NCBI GenBank assembly: GCA_964016885.1
Contig: OZ024750.1
Span: 33,170,001-33,234,000, forward strand
Reading direction: 5' to 3'
DNA: 64,000 bases
Source: Eledone cirrhosa
Taxonomy: Eukaryota
Part shown: one piece after another, positions 43,866 to 56,873 of the stretch
How the letters are laid out: each line of letters opens with the position of its first letter
Position numbering within the stretch: position 1 is the stretch's first letter
Translations under genes and position numbers: made by a program
Notes under the pieces: model-generated
What the model saw: only the letters and a program-made list of their open reading frames with translations
What the model was told of the DNA's origin: nothing
Databases searched by the model: none

Positions 43866-44240
43866 AATTATTTCTACTTTTGGCACAAGGCCAGCAATTA
43901 TCCCAGTGCATTAATGGTACTTTATTTTACCGACCTCATAAGGATGAAAGGCAAAGTTAACCTCGGCGGGATTTTGAACTCAGACCATAAAGGGACGTAA
44001 CTCTATGCTGCAAAGCATGACGTCCGATCCTCTACCGATACTGCCAATCCACCGCCCTATGAGTTTCTACTTTTGGCACAAGGCCAGCGATAACACCAGT
44101 GCACCACTGGTACTTTATTTTATCGACCTCGTAAGGATGAAATGCAAAGTTAACCTCGGCGAGATTTGAACTCAGAATGGCAAGGGCCATAACTCTATGC
44201 TGAAAAACATGGCGTCTGACGCTCTACCGATAATGCCAAA
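43866..44240 (-). mobile_element. Two tandem family-1 SINEs
   Basis: ~43866-44057 and 44063-44240. Confidence 0.9.
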
Positions 44241-44362
44241 CGCTTTGTGTTATATAATGTGCGTATATATGTGCGCATACGGTTCATCGACTAATTAGTG
44301 TGCATATCTATATATATATATATTATATACATACACACACAAAGCCCCCCACACCACCCACT

Positions 44363-44421
<59 letters not shown>

Positions 44422-44674
44422 GTATATATAATCGATGACAGGCGGATTCTCCTTGGAATTAAAGATTACTGTACAAGCTTAGACGGGGATTTTTGTATCC
44501 CGCCGGAAGTTACTGACTGTTTCAATTCATGAAATGTTGAGTGCTTGAACGTTTTCATATGTTGATCTATCAATATTATAATTAGGATGTTTTCATATCT
44601 TAGGCTTCTGGCTGGCAATGTTTTTCTCACATTAATCCTATGCGTGTGCACCAATATATATATATATATATATA

Positions 44675-44940
44675 TATCAACTTGATCACCTTGACCAACT
44701 AGTCTGTCGAGCGCCAATCGGCGCCGCTTGTCACAGCACGTCGTGCTGTTTTAGACATAAGATAACGCCATCCCACTGGCTGGGCGGGCAGGCCGGTACT
44801 CATTTCTACAGCTGAGTAAACTGGAGCAACGTGAAATAAAGTGTCATGCTCAAGGAAACAACACATCACCCGGTCCTAGAATTGATCTCACAACCATTCG
44901 ATTGCAAGCCCAATGCTTTAACCACTAAGCCATTTACCTT
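44675..44940 (-). mobile_element. tRNA-derived SINE, family 2
   Basis: Minus strand TGGCTTAGTGGTTAAAGCA..GAGATCAATTC head, then TCCTTGAGCATGACACTTTATTTCACGTTGCTCCAG..CTCAGCTGTAGAAATGAGTACC core. Fragment also at 46680-46810. Confidence 0.75.
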
Positions 44941-44942
44941 CA

Positions 44943-45042
<100 letters not shown>

Positions 45043-45097
45043 GATTTAAAACTGCACTATCCACAAGGGTTTATTTAACCTTCATATCATGTCTTCC

Positions 45098-45168
45098 TGT
45101 TTTATCTGCTGAAAACACAAATATTATTGCATGATGATATTTGTTTTTGAAATGCGCATAATAAAATA
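45098..45168 (+). ncRNA. Hammerhead ribozyme, family A, core-mutated (CUGCUGA)
   Basis: Same fold as 56383-56453 but with an A6>C substitution, so probably inactive. Confidence 0.6.
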
Positions 45169-45198
45169 CATGAAACTCTTTTAACCATCTTTTGTTCT

Positions 45199-45797
<599 letters not shown>

Positions 45798-45837
45798 GAT
45801 ATTGAACAAATGGAAACTATATTTATAAAACCATATT

Positions 45838-45904
45838 TATTTCGTTATATATATTTCTGGGATATCATATTAAAAATTATGTTATGCCTTCCTCAGACAA
45901 AATA
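45838..45904 (-). ncRNA. Minimal type-I hammerhead ribozyme, family B
   Basis: Minus strand TATTTTGT-CTGAGGA-stem II-GAAA-TATATA-TA-ACGAAATA. Stem I has a compensatory A-T to G-C change relative to the other family B copies. Confidence 0.75.
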
Positions 45905-45947
45905 CAATACATAAGCTCTTTTATAAATAATTAGTGACATACCTTGT

Positions 45948-46136
45948 AATAATTGTTTCTACTTTTGGCACAAGGCCAGCAATTACCCAGTGCATTACTG
46001 GTACTTTATTTTATCGACCCCGTAAGGATGAAAGGCAAAGTCAACCTCGGCGGGATTTGAACTCAGATCGTAAAGGGACGTAACTATGCTGGAAAGCATG
46101 GCGTCCAACCCTCTACCGATACTGCCAATCCACCGA
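45948..46136 (-). mobile_element. SINE family 1, full length, with flanking direct repeat
   Basis: ACCTTGTAATAA occurs at 45941-45952 (overlapping the tail) and 46136-46147, a probable TSD. Confidence 0.92.
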
Positions 46137-46212
46137 CCTTGTAATAAGGCAACTTCCTTTTAAAAAGTTGATTTGGTAAAGTTGATATATATACATACAA
46201 AAGTTGATATAT

Positions 46213-46345
<133 letters not shown>

Positions 46346-46437
46346 CATATATATATAAGTTGTAATAAAATGAAAACGAAATTTCATTTCTCACTCTTAG
46401 TATATATATATATATATATATATACATATATATATAC

Positions 46438-46550
<113 letters not shown>

Positions 46551-46559
46551 CACATATAT

Positions 46560-46638
<79 letters not shown>

Positions 46639-46822
46639 TAGATATATACATATACACATATATACATATATATATGTAATGCGTTATATCCTTGAGCAAG
46701 ACTCTTTATTTCAAGTTGCTCCTTCTACCTGGAGTTGCGACCGATAGAGAGTATTAGCAATTGGAATAACAAACGGAAACATTGTTTCCTCGGTCGGATT
46801 TGACGAAAGTCGATCAACAAAA

Positions 46823-46861
<39 letters not shown>

Positions 46862-46875
46862 TATATATATATATC

Positions 46876-47040
46876 TTCAGCTGCCGCCTTCCTGCCCTCT
46901 TTAATGTTAACTGTAGCTGTTTCGATGGTCGCCCTCCATTTCTCTCTGCCTCCTGTCAGATGTTCCCATTCCCTGTGATCAATATTGCATTGGACCAGCT
47001 GGCGCTTGAGTTAGTCCTTGAAGCATTTTCGGGTCAGGTG
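46876..47040 (-). mobile_element. RTE-clade LINE fragment
   Basis: Minus strand ..FKD*LKRQLVQCNIDHREWEHLTGGREKWRATI..KEGRKAAAE. Confidence 0.65.
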
Positions 47041-47119
47041 TTGATGGGGCTTAGTTTCGGTTACCTTGACGTAGTTCGCTGTAGAATACTACCTTTGTGT
47101 TCCTAGAGTCAATCATGTG

Positions 47120-47197
<78 letters not shown>

Positions 47198-47237
47198 GAT
47201 ATTAAACAAATGGAAACTATATTTATTAAACCATATT

Positions 47238-47303
47238 TATTTCATTATACATATTTCGGGGATACCATATTAAAAATATGGCATGCCTTCTTCAGATAAA
47301 ATA
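47238..47303 (-). ncRNA. Minimal type-I hammerhead ribozyme, family B (left arm)
   Basis: Minus strand TATTTTAT-CTGAAGA-AGGCATGCCATATT/TTT/AATATGGTATCCCC-GAAA-TATGTA-TA-ATGAAATA. Confidence 0.75.
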
Positions 47304-47441
47304 CAATATATAAACAGTTTATAAATAATTTTGACGTACCATGAATATTGATCAACTTTTATGTAAGAAGTTGATCAATACATAAAAGTTGATCAATATT
47401 TATGGTACGTCAAAATTATTTATAAAACTGTTTATATATTG

Positions 47442-47507
47442 TATTTTATCTGAAGCAGGCATGCCATATTTTTAATATGGTATCCCCGAAATATGTATAA
47501 TGAAATA
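47442..47507 (+). ncRNA. Hammerhead ribozyme, family B (right arm; A9>C core change)
   Basis: CTGAAGC instead of CTGAAGA, otherwise the mirror image of the left arm. Confidence 0.6.
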
Positions 47508-47634
47508 AATATGGTTTAATAAATATAGTTTCCATTTGTTTAATATCGTATATCTACTCCAAAACTTGTTGAGTGCTTTATATCAGTTATAAAATATTTA
47601 CTTGTTGTAACCCAACAATTTTAAATAAAACTTT

Positions 47635-47692
<58 letters not shown>

Positions 47693-48240
47693 GCTCTTCT
47701 CATAACTCTATCACTATTTTTTCGACTTTCCTCGTCGCTTTAAATTGCTGGCCTTGTGCCAAAACCAGAAACAATTATTTCTATGCCTTGCTTGCGTACA
47801 CCTTTACTTCATTCTGATGAGTAATACATCTTTGTTTCTAATTGATGTTAACGATTGCACCACTTTCTTTATTAAAGCCTTGATTATCAACCGCGACTCA
47901 ACACATTTCACTTGCCCTCTATATAACCTTTGTAACTCAAGTTCAGATAATATTGACTTCATTGTCTGAAAATATTTTCAGACAAGACAATTAATTAATA
48001 TATTCATGCATGTCATTATTTTTTATCATTTATATTATCAAGTATATTAAATGAATTTATTAAATGAAGAATAATATTTTTTTCTTTTCTAAAAACAAAG
48101 ATAATAGTTTTAAATGACGTCTAGATTCTACATATAATCAAAATTGTGCTTTTATTCGAATGTAATTAGAAAATATTAATCCGGGAAAGTTTCGGGAAAA
48201 TCTGTCATTTATTCTGTCATATGTTCCACTATTATATATA

Positions 48241-48402
48241 GCCGTGGATTGGCAGTATCGGTAGAGGGTCGGACGCCATGCTTTGACGCATAGAGTTCCG
48301 GCCCTTGCCATTCTGAGTTCAAATCCCGCCGGTCGATAACATAAAGTACCAGTAATACACTGGGATAATTGCTGGCCTTGTGCCAAAAGTTGATACAATT
48401 AT
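48241..48402 (+). mobile_element. SINE family 1 with internal deletion
   Basis: Head and tail intact. The core between CCCGCC and GGTCGAT is deleted. Confidence 0.85.
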
Positions 48403-51366
48403 ATATAGCCGTGAAATTGTAGAGCTGTTAAAATGTCAGATAGAATGGTTTGTGGTATTCATTCCAACTCTCTGCTCTCTGTGTTAAAACCCCGTAGAGG
48501 TCCTCTTTGCCTTTCATCTATTCGAAGTCTATATAAATAAAATGTACCAGTCACATACAGATACCATATACACACACACAACATATACACCACATATACA
48601 CCAAATACACACCACATACATACCATATGCATACCACATATACACCACATATACACCACATACATACCACATGCATACCACATACATACCACATTACACA
48701 CACCACACACACAAACAAAAGCACCACATACACTCACACAAACATACACACACATACACACACAAACACAAACACACATACAACGGGATTCTGTACAGTT
48801 TTCGTCAACCAAATACTACTTACAAGGAACTAATTAACCCGAGGCTATAAAAGAATACGTCAAGATGTATTAGAATCGCATACGGAATATCGCTATTAAA
48901 AATAAAGATCAGGCCCCGCGAGGTGGAGTAGCTGTTCCAGTACATCTCCCACGCCATCTGCCAGGGATAATGTCTTCTCTATCGTCAACCAAATACTACT
49001 TAAAAGGAACTGTTTAATCCGGGGCTAGAAAAGAATACGCCAAGATGCCGTGTACTAGAATCGCACATGTTAGCTCGCTATTGTAAATCAAACTATTTCA
49101 CCACGTAGCCATGCTTACAGGTAAGCTTAACTTTTGAAATCAATCAGGTGCAAATATACATCAGAAATATTTTCTTGACAACTGTCCTTTGAAATAATCT
49201 AAACTTTATTGTTTGTGCTTAAAGCTATATTGCTGTAAGTACTTGAAAGAAAACGATTAGATACAGTTAAAATGCCAAGCATTGCATTGCTTATATTAAC
49301 GCAGTAATGTTGTTTGGTGCATTTAACCAGCACAGCTAGCAAGATTTCTTTTGATGTCTCTAGTGAAATTTGGGGATTTCACCAGAAAGTGTGCTTTTCA
49401 ACTTTCAGATTTCATAATATAAAGATGTTTGAAGAGTGTGCTCATTATTATCTCTTTTTTCTTACACACAGAACAGATTACAATCATATTCGTTCATAGA
49501 TATATTATTTCTCTATTAATAAATTAAGTAGCCAGAAATAATTTTAAATGTTTAATGATGTTTAACACGATTGTATGTGTTTCACTATAGTTATGTCAGT
49601 TTATGTGTAGGCTGAATTACATCTTTTACATTACGTCTATGATAAAAGTATGTACCAGTTATATCTTTAGGGTGATATGACCGATTAAAACTATCGACAT
49701 CGGTACCACAGAACGGAAATGTTCAATAGGATCAACAAATAAAGCAATAAAAAACGATTTAAAATGAATTACATATTCAAACATATATTTCTTTGTTTAT
49801 TCACACATTTTCTAATTGTATATAGCGTGTTATTTTTTCCGAAAAATGGAAGGCAGGATGCTTGTCCTTTGTTCAAACTTAATGTTTCATACACTTGGGA
49901 AAGTCTGACATGGAACATATAACGAAAATCTGTTAACATAGAAAATATAAACAGAAGCAATAAAAATACAAACAATGATAATGATAAATTATAAATAAGC
50001 TGCATGTCGCAGAACCCATAATATGTTTATTATCTAAAAGGTGATGGCTACCCGTCTGTGTAGTAATATCATCTTGCCAAAGAATCAGTAGAAGGTTATG
50101 AAAGGTGGGTGTATGTTTGTGACAACGAAACAGCTATTAGCGAATTAGCCAACTACTAGGGACAGAAAACGGAAAAACAAACAGCAACGCATGCCATTTA
50201 TTAATTAGAAAAACGGAATTGAAATCATATGAAACACATCCATGTATACTCAATGTTACATATATATGTAAAGCAGCCCCAGTGTCAAAATATGACATAT
50301 AAAATCGAAAACAAGTGTAGAAAACAAAGAGAGGGTGATAAAAACACGGCCTTAAACCTATTAAAAAATTCATGTTTCAGTGAGACTACTTATCTCTTCT
50401 ACTCATCTGATTTCATTAACATATCTGCCAAATGGAAAACCACTGGGCGTTATAAAGTCTAGGAATAATAACTATATGGAAAATTTTAAATAAGTCTTAA
50501 TGCCCAGCATGTGAATCAGCTGAAACCAATATAGAAATTTAGACAGGATATAAAAATAAAAATGAATGTAATGCTACACAACTATACTAAATCTACTGTA
50601 AGAAAACAATTTGATTGAAACAGAATATTTCATTAGATTCGCATATAAAATAAGAAATTTAAAACAAACTCACCTTTACATGTACTGTGGAACGGAAAAT
50701 ATACAACACAAAATGAAGGTGGAAATTAGAAAATAGTTCTATAGAGGAATAAAATATTGAAGAGTGAAGTCGCTGCAAGAAATATAGAATAATACACTTG
50801 ATACCTCGGTCAATAAGGGGAGCAGAATTCAGAAATTATTTTCTCGCCATCATTTATTTGCTATAATCATCATACGTATATATAAATCGAGGTTTTGCGA
50901 CATTATTGTAACTCCTATTTCCCCTAACTATTTCTCTAGAAGTGGTTTATGCTCCTTAATTGGAGTGGACGCGTTCTTATAGCAGGGGATCTTCTCTTCA
51001 GAGATATTGGGATGAATCTCTCAGGTTTAGCTGTGTTTCTCTTAGTATTTCTTTTCGTATTTTCATAAACCTCTGCTGGATATCTTCGGGCTCCAGCTAA
51101 GACCCATCTGGTACCCATCCTCACAAAGGTTAGGATGGAAATGGTGAGGAATGGGGTTTGATTTTGATAGTATTGCGATGTTTTTATTTTGTTTTTACTC
51201 TAGGTTTCTCTTTCCATCTCTTCCTCTTTGTCATCATTGGTTGGGACTGGAGGAGGGTGTTTCAACCCCCTTTTGTGACTCCTGTGGATTGTTATAATTT
51301 CCCTCGAATCTCTAGGGTTGTGAACGGTATTTCCGTTGCAACTGTATGGTTGTTTATTTGTTTAAT

Positions 51367-51409
51367 GTCAAAGCTCTTTCGTCACCCATTCTGTGACCAC
51401 CTCAGTCAC
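51367..51409 (-). ncRNA. Degenerate hammerhead ribozyme, family C
   Basis: Minus strand GTGA-CTGAGGT-G-GTCAC..GTGAC-GAAA-GAGC-TT-TGAC. A9 is mutated. Confidence 0.5.
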
Positions 51410-52881
51410 TATTTTATTATTTTGTGTATCCTTTTTTCTGTCGTACACCATATAAATTGAGAGATCACAGCTCCAATACTATGGGCATGTGATTAGAATG
51501 TCTCCAGAAAGAATCGCTGGACAGATTTTACGGACAAAACTAACAGGCAAGATTTAATATAATGTCAATATTACTTGATATGTCAAAGTTCTCTCTTCCG
51601 GAAGCCATATTTTAGCTAATAAAACAATTCGTGAAATATCGCTTTGCAGTAAGAAATAGTATACAGGAGTCATAAATGCATATAATGATTGGATTGGGTT
51701 TTATTTGATGATCTATTTTACCTTAACAAATGCGAGCAGAAGAGTATATCAAATTATGAATTATTTATGATAAAAGCATAAAAGTAATTTAAGTCGTATT
51801 TTTGAGCAAAACACTTCATTTTATGTTGTTCAAGTATATTCAGCTGAAAATGCGTGCCAGCTCAGCAATTGATGGGAGTATAACCATGTGGTGGCGTGAA
51901 ATTAACATGTACGTAGCTGCGCATTTCACAGGCAGATTATCGTAATTCTCAGACAGAATCTGAGTAAGCGCTTGATATGTTCCGAACGTGGAAAAGCCGA
52001 ACACCCTCTATCATCACCTGCATCTCTAAATAGACCAACACTCGAGAAGATCAACTTCCAAGGTCAACTTTCTTTACAATAAACTAAAGAAATAAATTAA
52101 AGTAATAGATATATAAATACAAGATGCACTTAAAGCTAATTCTATTGAATAGATATTTTCCATGCAATGTGTCGAGGTGCATCGCCTGGTGTTAAGGGTG
52201 TTGGTCTTACGATCATAATGCCGTGGGCTCGATTCCTGGACTAGGTTATGTGTTTCTATGTGAAGGAGAAGTATATAAATATAAGAAATACATTTGATAG
52301 GTTTATCTTAGTACTATGTTGTTTAATATAAGCATTTAGAAAAATACGAAAGGTATGCTTGAAAATAACATAAAATGACGGTGTCCCAGCATGGCTTCTG
52401 CCTGTTGACTGGAACATGTACAGTGTAATGGAATAACATGAATTTAAACTGTATGGCAACTGAACACAAAAGAAATATTGAAGCAAACAACATTTGGGTT
52501 TATAAAACTCCTGTGAGTGAATATATTCTTACAAATGCAGCGAACGAACAGCCATTTAGAAAATAACTTGTTCAGAATCTAATGTATTGATAATATATAA
52601 TGCATGCCAGCCAAAAGGCGACATTGATCAATTATACTTACATGTGTGAACGAAATGAAGAGTGAAACTGAGGAAACATAAAATATCGGTTAATATGAAA
52701 AAGAAGAGTTGAAATTGATTTTGGTAGGTTAAATGAAATTAGAGGAATTGTGGCATATAAGAAAGAATATTAGATTAGATGAGGGGGAAAATAGCTGAAG
52801 ACAAAAGTGATGCAAAACTTGGAACAAGAATATAAAAAATGTAAATTGTTAATTTGAGAGGAGAGTATGTTCTGCAATAAT

Positions 52882-52959
52882 AAAGAAGAAGAAGAAGAAG
52901 AAGAAGAAGAAGAAGAAGAAGAAGAAGAAGAAGAAGAAGAAGAAGAAGAAGAAGAAGAA

Positions 52960-53004
<45 letters not shown>

Positions 53005-53130
53005 TACTACTACTACAATTATGGGGACAACAGCAACAGCGACGACGAAGGCAACAACAACAGCAACAACGACGAAGACGACGGCAACAACAACAACAAC
53101 GACGACGAAAACGATGACAACAACGATTAC
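52882..53130. repeat. Compound trinucleotide repeat (GAA)n(GAC)n(TAC)n(AAC)n
   Basis: Direct inspection. Confidence 0.95.
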
Positions 53131-53219
53131 AAACATCCATGTAGAACTACAAAAACCAACCTATAAGAATTACTCAGCAAAAGATAGAAATGAACTAAAA
53201 TCTACATCTAATTCTACAT

Positions 53220-53536
53220 GGCAGTGTGGTTAGAGAGATTGCTTCACATTTGCAGGGAGTGTGGTTAGAAAGATTGCTTCACATTTGCAGGCAGTGTGGT
53301 TAGAGAGATTGCTTCACATTTGCAGGCAGGCAGTGTGGTTAGAAAGATTGCTTCACATTTGCAAGCAGTGTGGTTAGAAAGATTGCTTCACATTTGCAGG
53401 CAGTGTGGTTAGAAAGATTGCTTCACATTTGCAGACAGTGTGGTTAGAAAGATTGCTTCACATTTGCAGGCAGTGTGGTTAGAAAGATTGCTTCACATTT
53501 GCAGGCAGTGTGGTTAGAAAGACCGCTTCACATTTC
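53220..53536 (+). repeat. 35-bp minisatellite, ~9 units
   Basis: Unit GGCAGTGTGGTTAGAAAGATTGCTTCACATTTGCA. Confidence 0.95.
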
Positions 53537-53859
53537 GATCTCTATCTTCTGTTCACTACACGTCTGCTTGACGTTGAATTACGTCCTAGACCGAGATCAA
53601 CAAAAGCAGTACAAAATAAAAGACCGAGATCGATATAATTGACTAAAATACTTGAAGGCAGTGTATAGGCATATTTGTCGCAGTTCAAAAACTGAAATCA
53701 CTAAATATAATATAAGACCATCACCTTCTTGCTGCATTATACAACAGATTATAATTCCATTGAAAAGGAGGAAATATCATTTAAAATAAGAACAGTCTAC
53801 AAAACAATACTAAAAATAGTTCATGAAAAAAAGAAGGCACTACTATATATATTTTTAAG

Positions 53860-54230
53860 ATAGGCACAAGACCAGCAATTTGTAGTAGGGAAAAGTCGAT
53901 TAAATCATTCCGCAGTAGGTGACTGCTACTTTATTTTATCAACCGGGGAAGGATGAAAGGCGAAGAAGGCTTCTACGGGATTCTAGCTCAGATTCTAAAG
54001 AGTCGTAACTAAATAGAAATCGTATAAAATGATTTATCCGGCGCTCTACCGATTATGCTAATATTTCTGTATCTTCTATATATTTAATGGTTTCTGATTT
54101 AAGCACCAAGCTAACAATTTGGGATAGGGTAAAGTCGATTAAATCACACACCCCACTACTGGTATCTTATTTTATCGACCCCGTAAGGATGGAAGGCAAA
54201 GTTAACCTCGGCGGGATTTGAACTCAGAAT
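53860..54230 (-). mobile_element. Two family-1-related SINEs (older variant)
   Basis: GGCACAAG..TTTTATC(G/A)ACC..GGATG(A/G)AAGGC..GGGATT..CTCAGA motifs. Confidence 0.75.
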
Positions 54231-54775
54231 GTTTGAGATCCATCTGTGGTCATGTACGAGAAGATAAAATCTCCAACGCCGACATCCTAACCAAATGCAA
54301 CATTGGGGGAATTGAAACTTTCTTATGCAATCTCAGCTTCGTTGGGTTAGCCATGTCATCCGCATGAGTGACGACAGAATTCCAAAGGTCCTCGTGTAGG
54401 ATCAGCTTAGCAGCGACAACAGGAGGGATTGTAGACCATGACTACCATATAAGGATAAGTTGAAATCAAATCCCAGTGGTCTTGCAATCCCATTCTTTGA
54501 TTGCGAACAAATTTCTGCTGACAGAAAGGACTGGAGAGAAAGGTGCCATAGTGCAATCAAGAACTTTGAATCAAGTCGTATAGAGAAATTGCGTGTTGAC
54601 CGAACAGGGACGAAGCAACGGGCCATGGTGCTTGCAAGACTCTCCATAAACTCTTGCTCTTGCGACCCATGTGGCTTGGTCTGTGGGTCACTGGCGGGAT
54701 TGAAATATCACATGAGAAACCGCAATCCAGAGAGCTGAGCTTTTGTTGGACACTCATACGTCGGATATCGACGGG
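54229..54775 (+). mobile_element. RTE (BovB-like) LINE 3' fragment with C2H2 finger
   Basis: CLRSICG..DKISNADIL../QLRWVSHVIRMSDDRIPK..YKDKLK..DRKDWR..FE..CDPCGLVCGSLAGLKYHMR. Confidence 0.85.
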
Positions 54776-54874
54776 AGAGTCCTGTCAACATGGATGGAAC
54801 TATTATTTTTGTCTAAAGATATTTTTTCCAATTCCATCCCGCCCGTCCCCTCAATCTATTTCATTTCTCAATCT

Positions 54875-54911
54875 TTCTAATGATGAAGGACTAGCGTCCG
54901 AAACGTTAAGA
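54875..54911 (+). ncRNA. Degenerate minimal hammerhead motif
   Basis: (C>A)TGATGA-A-GGAC/TAGC/GTCC-GAAA-CG-TT. Palindromic AACGTT. C3 is mutated and stem I is weak. Confidence 0.45.
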
Positions 54912-55034
54912 CCCTCTTCCTGCTATATCAAGCGTTAACCTAATATATACCTTCTATATGCTGTACCGATTGTGTTGTTATTTCTGTTTACGTTTTACAT
55001 ACATACATATATATATATATACATATATTCAATT

Positions 55035-55245
55035 ACTAGGGCGGAATACTGAGTCTTCTTACTCTGGAGTTTTGCCTGTTTATCCCAAGGTCATCAGACA
55101 AGAAGTCGTCTGATGACCTTGAGATGTAATAAGCGAAACTCCAAAGTAACAATATTCACTATTTAGCCTTAATAAATGAATATTAAAACTTTGCTTCGGT
55201 AATGAGTACTCTTTTCTCGCAGCCGTCAACCTCATACGGATATAC
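55035..55245 (+). mobile_element. Diverged palindromic mini-element, family G
   Basis: Imperfect arms ~55035-55100 and 55106-55172, each carrying a hammerhead core. Related fragment at 15230-15285. Confidence 0.65.
55106..55152 (+). ncRNA. Minimal type-I hammerhead ribozyme, family G
   Basis: TCGT-CTGATGA-CCTT..AAGC-GAAA-CTCCAAAG-TA-ACAA. The mirror copy at 55055-55102 and the fragment at 15250-15272 give the consensus CTTGT..GAAACTCCAGAGTA-ACAAG. Confidence 0.55.
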
Positions 55246-55263
55246 ATACACACGCGCTCTTAC

Positions 55264-55330
<67 letters not shown>

Positions 55331-55982
55331 TTATGTAATAAACAACATAAGATAATCATTTCATTTACCAGTGGTTTCTTGAAAGCAGATAATGTATCTG
55401 TTTTCAGTCTTCAGAATGAATAAAAATCATGGTGTTTTTATTAAATATGGATTTGAAAACAAAATTTAAGAAATATGAAAGTGAGGCTGAGAAAAAAACG
55501 GGCGAAAAAGAAGTGGAGGATATATATATATATAAAAACAATAAATATCCAGAACGTAAACATACACACACTGAACCACGCGCATATACTTAAAAAGTAC
55601 GAAGACGTATATTTTTTCACATGAGCGTATTAGCACCTACAGAGAGGCACATAGATACATACGCATACATATACAAGAAGTAATAAATAAATAAAAACAA
55701 AAAATATACAAAGTCAAAAACAAAATAAAGACGTGTTGACAACGATAAGTATGAGTGTGTGGATGTGTGAGGGGGGGGGGGGGGGTATAAAAACAACTTT
55801 AAAATAAACAAGTACACGAAATGTGTATATACATAAATACATATATATATATATATATATATATACATAGATATACACATACATACATACACACGCGCAC
55901 ACACACATATACATGCATAGATAATCATACACACGTATAAAAACACACACACATAAGCATGTATATATATATATATATAAAT

Positions 55983-56017
<35 letters not shown>

Positions 56018-56018
56018 A

Positions 56019-56123
<105 letters not shown>

Positions 56124-56207
56124 TGAAAAAATGGGGAGAAGAATACTGCATATATATATATATATATATATAATATAAGATCAAAATATGGTTAAAGGAG
56201 TTCCATG

Positions 56208-56278
56208 TATTTTATTATGCGCATTTCAAAAACAAACATCATCATGCAATAATATTTGTGTTTTCATCAGATAAAACA
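56208..56278 (-). ncRNA. Minimal type-I hammerhead ribozyme, family A (left arm)
   Basis: Exact mirror of 56383-56453. Confidence 0.82.
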
Positions 56279-56382
56279 GGAGAACATGATATGAAGGCTA
56301 AAAAACACTTGTGGATAGTGCAGTTTTAAATCAACAACTGCACTATCCACAAGTGTTTTTTAGCCTTCATATCATGTTCTCC

Positions 56383-56453
56383 TGTTTTATCTGATGAAAA
56401 CACAAATATTATTGCATGATGATGTTTGTTTTTGAAATGCGCATAATAAAATA
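56383..56453 (+). ncRNA. Minimal type-I hammerhead ribozyme, family A (right arm)
   Basis: TGTTTTAT-CTGATGA-AAACACAAATATTATT/GCAT/GATGATGTTTGTTTTT-GAAA-TGCGCA-TA-ATAAAATA. Stem II has 15 of 16 positions paired, stem III is the palindrome ATGCGCAT, AUA cleavage site. Confidence 0.82.
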
Positions 56454-56577
56454 CATGGAACTCCTTTAACCATCTTTTGATCTTATATTATGCATACTCC
56501 AGTCCTACAAACTGTAGAGTGCTTCTTATCCGATATTTGCATTGCTTTATTGTAATACAATAAAACTCACCTCCTAC

Positions 56578-56645
<68 letters not shown>

Positions 56646-56653
56646 CCTCCTAC

Positions 56654-56697
<44 letters not shown>

Positions 56698-56842
56698 AAA
56701 GTATAAAATAAACATACGTACACATATGCATGCGTGCAAAAATGCATATACAATAATACATATTCAAATATACATAACTAATAAGCTCTGTAGCCTACAT
56801 AGAGCACTCTTTTTTCCTGTACCTTTCCGACGGAATTACTTC

Positions 56843-56873
<31 letters not shown>

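Larger units (their letters stand above)
47195..47640 (+). mobile_element. Palindromic mini-element, family B, with two hammerheads and a 3' extension
   Basis: Arms 47195-~47374 and ~47379-47550 are nearly identical. Extension 47551-47640 carries the bulged hairpin 47556-47574. Flanked by (TA)n. Confidence 0.85.
56171..56580 (+). mobile_element. Palindromic mini-element, family A, with two intact hammerheads and a 3' extension
   Basis: Arms 56171-56325 and 56336-56490 differ by about one base. Extension carries the bulged hairpin 56496-56520. Flanked by (TA)n. Confidence 0.88.

Noticed and set aside
52867-53166. Acidic poly-E/D/N protein ORF
   Set aside because: It is a compound trinucleotide microsatellite with no non-repetitive coding flank.
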